From an uncultured Bacteroidota bacterium (GTDB lineage Bacteria; Bacteroidota; Bacteroidia; Bacteroidales; 4484-276): 64,000 nucleotides of DNA. Shown piece by piece: positions 58,973 through 64,000 of this stretch. The notes beneath the pieces were generated by a model. The model had not been told where the DNA came from. It did no database searches and was given only the letters and a program-made list of their open reading frames with translations. Position 1 is the stretch's first letter; the number at the start of each line of letters is the position of its first letter. The translations under genes and the position numbers were made by a program. The stretch is taken from contig CALFEP010000306.1 of assembly GCA_937950125.1 (NCBI GenBank), positions 168 through 64,167 of the forward strand. The letters are read 5' to 3'.

Positions 58973-59617
58973 ATGGTAGGTTACGAGGAACAATATCACA
59001 ATGCAGTTCATAACCGATTGGTAAGTAACAGCAAATATTACGAAGCCAGAGCAAGGGTAGCCAGGCAGAAGTATTTTCATGACCTGCCCGTAAATACAAG
59101 AATCCTCGAATTTAGTTGTGGATTAGGTCAGGATACATTGTATTTTCCTAACACCGTCGGATTCGACATTTCTGAATTTTGTCTCGATTTCTGCCGCAAA
59201 AAAGGAAAAATCGTGATTAATGATCTAAATCTTGCTGAAAATCATTCATTTGATCTTGTTTTCTCGGCGCACACCCTTGAGCATGTACCCAATCCTTATG
59301 AGGTACTTGTTCAACTAAAAGATAAACTTAATGATAACGGGCGATTGATGCTCATTTTACCTTGTGAGCAACATGGCAAAGCATCTTTTGAGTTTGATGT
59401 TAATCAACATTTGTATTGCTGGAATTTCAGAGCAATAAATAACTTACTGCTAACTGCCGGGTTTTCAATTCTCGAAAACAAGTATTTTCGTGGAGCCGGT
59501 TACGAAAAATTTCTGTTTACATCAAATTTTGGTATTCCCTTTTATCAGAAAGTTACACAAATAGTAGCATTTTTGAATGGAATAAAAGAACTTTGTGTGA
59601 TCGCAAAACCAAAATAG
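58973..59617 (+). CDS. Class I SAM-dependent methyltransferase
   Basis: ILEFSCGLG, GFDIS, FDLVFSAHTLEHV; divergent from the GT cluster. Confidence 0.82.
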   Translation: MVGYEEQYHNAVHNRLVSNSKYYEARARVARQKYFHDLPVNTRILEFSCGLGQDTLYFPNTVGFDISEFCLDFCRKKGKIVINDLNLAENHSFDLVFSAHTLEHVPNPYEVLVQLKDKLNDNGRLMLILPCEQHGKASFEFDVNQHLYCWNFRAINNLLLTAGFSILENKYFRGAGYEKFLFTSNFGIPFYQKVTQIVAFLNGIKELCVIAKPK

Positions 59618-59824
59618 CTGCACCTGCTGTATCCAGGTATTTTCTCCCATACCATGACGTTTTTTATTAGCGTGCTTTTCCATTCATGGAGCATGCTTTT
59701 ACTTCATGAAAAGTCATTTGATTTGATTCGGTGCAAAACGCGACCAAAAAAGATAGATAATTTTGAATAACATTTATTTTTGCACCACAACATCATCAGA
59801 AAAAAATTAAGGAATTATCAAAAA

Positions 59825-60886
59825 ATGACATTATTATTCACATACCTTTTCCTTGCACTTTTTGTTTCGTTTTTGTGTTCCATCATGGAAGCGGTTTTAT
59901 TGTCAACCCCAATTTCATTTCTAAAAGTAAAAGAAATGAGAGGGAGCCGTGAAGCGACCCGCCTTATAAAGCATAAAAGCAAAATCGACAGACCTTTATC
60001 GGCCATTTTAACTTTGAATACAATTGCTCACACCGTGGGGGCAGCCGGTGTAGGCGCCGAAGCTACTAAACTATGGGGTGAAACCTATTTTGGCATTGTT
60101 TCAGCCATTCTAACAATTTTAATCCTTGTTTTCACTGAAATAATTCCCAAAACCATCGGAGCAAGGTTTTGGCGTGAATTGGCCTTGATTTCGAGTAGTA
60201 TCATACGATTTATGATGTTTATCACTTATCCGTTGGTCGTTATTTCAGCAATGATAACAAGGTTGTTTTCGGGTGGAAAATCAGGTCATGCAACCAGCCG
60301 TGAAGAGTTTTCGGCTTTGGCTGATATTGGAACCGAAGAGGGCATTTTTGGCGAAAAGGAAAACAGAATTATTCAGAATCTTATTCGGTTAAAAGGCATT
60401 AAAGTATCTGAAATTATGACTCCAAGGGTAGTAATTTCGTCAGCGGATGAAGAAATGTGCCTTGATGATTTTTTAAAAAACAAGGATTTCCTCAGGTTTT
60501 CGCGAATCCCCGTTTTTTCTGCAAATGTTGAAAACATAACGGGATATGTTTTTCGTCAGACGGTTTTCGAAAAGCTGGCCGAAGATATGACAGGACTGAA
60601 GCTCAAAGACATAAAGCGGAGTATAACCATAATTCCGGATACAAAACCACTTTTTGGTGTTTGGGAAACACTCCTCGAAAAAAAGGAACACATCGCACTT
60701 GTAGTTGATGAATATGGAGGTGTTGATGGTATTGTGACAATGGAAGATATCATTGAATCGTTGCTTGGTTTTGAAATTGTGGACGAAAAGGATACCATTG
60801 CCGATATGCAGCAATTTGCACGAGAAAGGTGGAAGATGAGACAGGAAAAGTATCGGCTCCTTGATCAGATTTCAGATAAAAAGTAA
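59825..60886 (+). CDS. CNNM (DUF21)-CBS domain protein (hemolysin/CorB family)
   Basis: SFLCSIMEAVLLS, LTLNTIAHTVGA, TEIIPKTIG, IMTPR, VDEYGGVDGIVTMEDIIE. Likely start is ATG 59825. Confidence 0.9.
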   Translation: MTLLFTYLFLALFVSFLCSIMEAVLLSTPISFLKVKEMRGSREATRLIKHKSKIDRPLSAILTLNTIAHTVGAAGVGAEATKLWGETYFGIVSAILTILILVFTEIIPKTIGARFWRELALISSSIIRFMMFITYPLVVISAMITRLFSGGKSGHATSREEFSALADIGTEEGIFGEKENRIIQNLIRLKGIKVSEIMTPRVVISSADEEMCLDDFLKNKDFLRFSRIPVFSANVENITGYVFRQTVFEKLAEDMTGLKLKDIKRSITIIPDTKPLFGVWETLLEKKEHIALVVDEYGGVDGIVTMEDIIESLLGFEIVDEKDTIADMQQFARERWKMRQEKYRLLDQISDKK

Positions 60887-60974
60887 GCTTTCTTGCTGTT
60901 TGTTCCATGTTTGAAATGCCTCCGGATGTATTTGCAAAATGTTGTTGATGAAAAAGTTATAAAAAGATAAGATT

Positions 60975-61328
60975 ATGCAAAAAACTTGTCCCGAATGTGG
61001 CGAACCCATTATTGGAAGAACCGATAAAATTTTTTGTTCGGATCAATGTCGGAATACCTACAACAACAAACAAAACCGCGATTCGACCAACTATATGCGC
61101 AGGGTAAACGGAATTTTGCGTCGAAACCGGCAAATCTTGCACGAGTTGGTTCCGGCTGATAATAAACATACAGTCCACAAAGATTCACTGGTGAAAAAAG
61201 GATTTGACTTCAATTTTTTCACAAACATTTACACCACCAAAACAGGCAAAGTATATTATTTCTGTTACGAGATGGGCTATCTACCCATCGAAAACGAGTT
61301 TTTCGCCATAGTAAGAAGAAGGGAGTAA
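60975..61328 (+). CDS. Zn-ribbon protein (DUF2116-like)
   Basis: CPECG...GRTDKIFCSDQCR; FCYEMGY. Confidence 0.75.
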   Translation: MQKTCPECGEPIIGRTDKIFCSDQCRNTYNNKQNRDSTNYMRRVNGILRRNRQILHELVPADNKHTVHKDSLVKKGFDFNFFTNIYTTKTGKVYYFCYEMGYLPIENEFFAIVRRRE

Positions 61329-61332
61329 AATC

Positions 61333-61368
61333 GGAAACCCGGCTGGTCAAAATATCTGCCGGGTTTCC
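61333..61368. terminator. Hairpin between convergent genes
   Basis: GGAAACCCGGC-(14 nt)-GCCGGGTTTCC, an 11-bp perfect stem. Confidence 0.6.
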
Positions 61369-61387
61369 TATTAACCAAAAACCGGAA

Positions 61388-61726
61388 TTAATTTTCGGCG
61401 CCCAGCATAACCAGGTCATTCACATTTACCTGAGTGTAGTATTTATGTATTCCATCCTTGTCGTCGTAATGACGGTTTTCCAGTTTTCCTTCAACGGCTA
61501 TTTGCTTTCCTTTTTTGAGGTACTTTTCGGCAATGTTCGCCAATGGCCCCCAAATGATTAGGTTATGCCACTGGGTTTCTGTTACTTTTTCACCTTTTTC
61601 GTTCCGATGGCTTTCGGAAGTGGCTAACGAAAAACGAGCCATTTTCCTGTCTTTTCCAACTTCTTTCACCTCAGGGTCCATACCCAGGTTTCCAATCAAA
61701 TGAACACTGTTTCTTAAACTTTTCAT
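61388..61726 (-). CDS. ssb: Single-stranded DNA-binding protein, short form without acidic tail
   Basis: NSVHLIGNLGMDPE, FSLATSE, TQWHNLIIWG, KGKQIAVEGKL; ends MLGAEN. Confidence 0.9.
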   Translation of the reverse strand: MKSLRNSVHLIGNLGMDPEVKEVGKDRKMARFSLATSESHRNEKGEKVTETQWHNLIIWGPLANIAEKYLKKGKQIAVEGKLENRHYDDKDGIHKYYTQVNVNDLVMLGAEN

Positions 61727-61820
61727 GACTATAAATTTTTTACGTGAATAAATAGAAAAATTTCATGAAACAAAGGTAAGGCGAGCGTTTTCGGATATTC
61801 GGTTAATAAATATTTGTATT

Positions 61821-61862
61821 CGTTTTCAAACGAATTTAAGCGTTTGTAAACGGGTACAAACG
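61821..61862. promoter_or_regulatory. Tandem CGTTT-NN-AAACG palindromes between divergent ssb and C39 promoters
   Basis: CGTTTTCAAACG at 61821, CGTTTGTAAACG at 61841 and a half-site AAACG at 61858. TACCTTTG elements at 61771-61778 (minus) and 61905-61912 (plus). Confidence 0.45.
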
Positions 61863-62014
61863 GGAAGACCTCATTTTCAAAATCAATCCAATCGGGTTAT
61901 TTAATACCTTTGTGTGTAATAAATTGCTGCAGATGATTTTTTATTTGATACTCCGGTGAAAAGTCAATAGCCGAAATAATAGGAGAGATGAAATTTTATT
62001 AAAATTGCTAAAAA

Positions 62015-62671
62015 ATGAAAAACATTTTTCTGCTCAGCCTGCTTGTAATCATTATGTTAACTTTTTCATTCTGTAAAAAGAGCGATTGTGATCCAAACCA
62101 AAATGATCAGGACACGACTCAGTATTATGTTTTGAATATTAAACCTGAGAAACCCCTTGAAGGACTGATTTATTTGGACGTGGATTCGTACCAGCAAACC
62201 ACCGAATACACCTGTGGGCCTGCTGCAGTGCTGTCGCTGATGAATTTTTACGGCAGGACAGGGGATGAACTCACCATTGCATCCGAAATGGGAACAAATA
62301 GCACAACTGGAACCAACCCCGATCAAATGACAAATTGGTTGAATCAGAATGGATTCACCGCTTCCTGGCATGAAAACGGAACCCTCGAAATGCTGCGGGA
62401 CAACCTTGCCAATAACATTCCAACACTTGTTGAATGGATTGATTGGGGCGGCCACTGGGTGCTGGTAATTGGTTACGATGTACGCGACCCTGAAAATGTC
62501 ATGGACGATGTGATTATTTTTGCCGACCCCTACGATCATCACGACGATAATCCCGACGGAATTACATGGTACAATGCCCAGCGGTTTTACTACATGTGGT
62601 TTGATGCGTTGTATTTTGGCAATTTGACGATGAGGATTTACATCAATGCTGTGCCGAACTCTAAATCATAA
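62015..62671 (+). CDS. Papain-like C39-family peptidase lipoprotein
   Basis: Lipobox FSFC, QQTTEYTCGPAA (Gln/Cys), GGHWVLVIGYD (His), ADP (Asp). Confidence 0.82.
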   Translation: MKNIFLLSLLVIIMLTFSFCKKSDCDPNQNDQDTTQYYVLNIKPEKPLEGLIYLDVDSYQQTTEYTCGPAAVLSLMNFYGRTGDELTIASEMGTNSTTGTNPDQMTNWLNQNGFTASWHENGTLEMLRDNLANNIPTLVEWIDWGGHWVLVIGYDVRDPENVMDDVIIFADPYDHHDDNPDGITWYNAQRFYYMWFDALYFGNLTMRIYINAVPNSKS

Positions 62672-62847
62672 AATCCGTTAAAAGCCGATGTAAGTTCGTT
62701 TGTAATTAAATTATTGATTGTGAAATTTTTATTCATGGTTTCTCAATTTTTACATTACCATAACTTTGAAATGTTTTCTGTTGTAAAGGCAATGTTTTGG
62801 TAAAAAAAAATGTTTGACATTAAAACATTTCATTAAAAATCAAAGAC

Positions 62848-63249
62848 ATGAAAGCACAAATCTTTTTTCTCGCTGTGATTTTTTTGGGCGTCCCGGAGTT
62901 ATTGACCGCTCAGCATGATCCGACACAAGCCAAAATTGTGAGCGACACGCTAAATAACTCGTATGCCGATTCGACTGAATATGAACTGATTGTTTTTGAT
63001 AATGATTTCAATAACTGGCTGATCACGAATAGTCGCCCGGTCAATTTTTACGAGAATCAATATTACCGGACAAAAAATCACCTCAATTCAGTAACCTGGA
63101 ACAACCTCGTGAAGCAGTACCTGCACCAGCCACCCTATGAATACGAAATTGATTATCAACCCGAAATCGATTATGGCATCGAGGTAAACTGGAAACTATA
63201 CTGGTATTTCAGGTATCTCGAAGGTACGTTGGGGGTAAAACTGAATTAA
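62848..63249 (+). CDS. Exported hypothetical protein (DUF6146-like)
   Basis: Signal peptide, EYELIVFD, YYRTKN...WN, IDYGIEVNWKLYWYF. Confidence 0.65.
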   Translation: MKAQIFFLAVIFLGVPELLTAQHDPTQAKIVSDTLNNSYADSTEYELIVFDNDFNNWLITNSRPVNFYENQYYRTKNHLNSVTWNNLVKQYLHQPPYEYEIDYQPEIDYGIEVNWKLYWYFRYLEGTLGVKLN

Positions 63250-63473
63250 TGTCTGATATTAATTTGCCGTTTTGATGTTCATCATCATTTTGACCGATAA
63301 CTGGTACGGGATTACGCTTAAAAATTAGTATTTTCTCCATTTGTCATGAAACCTCTTTAGGGTTATATCTATCCTCAATTTTCAATGGTTTGTGTAATTG
63401 GCAGAGACAGATTTTTGTCATACCAAACTGATCAGCAATAAATTAAAAAACAACAACATACAAAAACTACTTT

Positions 63474-64000
63474 ATGACTAAAAAAAAAATCGTACGAATA
63501 CTCAGAATCGTAATGCCCGTCGTTGCATTAATCTGTTTGATTACGCTGCCGCCCTGGATGCTTTTCAGAGCCTGGATTGCGCCTCTGCCTGAGACTCTTC
63601 AGGAACAACTCGATGATGGCATTAAGTATGGATTTGATGGTATGATAGTCTATGTGGATCAGGGAGGAAAGGAACCCGCCCTTTACGCCGCTGGCTGGAA
63701 AAACAGAGAGAAAAAGATTCCGGCTGATCCACATGCATTGTTTAAAATTGCCAGTATCAGCAAACTTTATGTTGCCGTTGCAATTACAAAATTGGTCAAT
63801 GAAAAGCGGTTGTCGTTGGATGAAACATTAGCGTATTATTTCCCGGAACTTTTGACAAGGATTGAAAATGCTGAAAAAATCACGGTAAGAATGATGGTTC
63901 AGCATCGCAGTGGCATTCCTAATATGACCGATAACCCCGATTTCCCCTGGGCTAACCCACCACAAAGCAGTCGGGAAGCCCTTGAATATGCGCTTGACCA
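63474..64000 (+). CDS. Serine hydrolase, beta-lactamase/PBP family, 3'-truncated by the window edge (absent from the ORF track)
   Basis: Manual translation from ATG 63474 (MTKKKIVRILR...) stays open to the window end; FKIASISK (SxxK), ITVRMMVQHRSGI. Confidence 0.88.
   Translation, partial: MTKKKIVRILRIVMPVVALICLITLPPWMLFRAWIAPLPETLQEQLDDGIKYGFDGMIVYVDQGGKEPALYAAGWKNREKKIPADPHALFKIASISKLYVAVAITKLVNEKRLSLDETLAYYFPELLTRIENAEKITVRMMVQHRSGIPNMTDNPDFPWANPPQSSREALEYALD

Noticed and set aside
510-59824. Long N-terminal extensions given by the ORF track (aat 510, pcrA 2514, dapD 16412, ABC ATPase 20783, dnaA 31357, clpB 37678, ndk 47674, FKBP 50240, CNNM 59780)
   Set aside because: They overlap neighbouring genes or TAnnTTTG promoter elements, or precede the conserved N-terminus; downstream starts fit better.
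1130-63734. Numerous 60-200 aa ORFs overlapping well-supported genes, mostly antisense (e.g. 1320-1931, 3905-4351, 5362-5913, 24312-24908, 36433-36972, 38076-38546, 50288-50821)
   Set aside because: They are shadows of strongly motif-supported genes and show no recognisable domains.
1-64000. CRISPR arrays, tRNA, rRNA, integrase or transposase genes
   Set aside because: By eye I saw no regularly spaced repeat-spacer array, T-loop/cloverleaf, rRNA-like tract or recombinase motifs. tRNAscan/Infernal were not run.

Overview
64 kb of a Bacteroidota (Bacteroidales-like) chromosome. The assignment rests on T9SS cargo proteins, recurring TAnnTTTG promoter elements, DUF3127, a gldI-like FKBP and a propeller/Y_Y_Y sensor. 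Most of the window is housekeeping: aat, pcrA/uvrD, pyrF, def, ruvX, dapD, tsaC, dnaA, clpB, ndk, nrnA and a short ssb. It also holds a three-gene phosphorelay cluster, an archaeal-type wtpABC tungstate/molybdate transporter, several secreted peptidases and a six-gene glycosyltransferase cluster. By eye I found no rRNA, tRNA, CRISPR array, integrase or transposase. Best leads: (1) a 1.27 kb integrase-free islet carrying a T9SS gene, flanked by two 83%-identical copies of the clpB 3' end plus a covarying hairpin; (2) an unannotated lipoprotein with a duplicated, Cys-less Mo-oxidoreductase-like domain inside wtpA-X-wtpB-wtpC; (3) an intact 879-aa double-SWIM SNF2 protein next to pcrA whose key ATPase motifs are degenerate; (4) an XRE regulator preceded by two triplets of a 12-bp palindrome; (5) an O-antigen-ligase/TPR protein ending in four unannotated ~54-aa repeats. 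All calls come from manual motif recognition; no searches were run.
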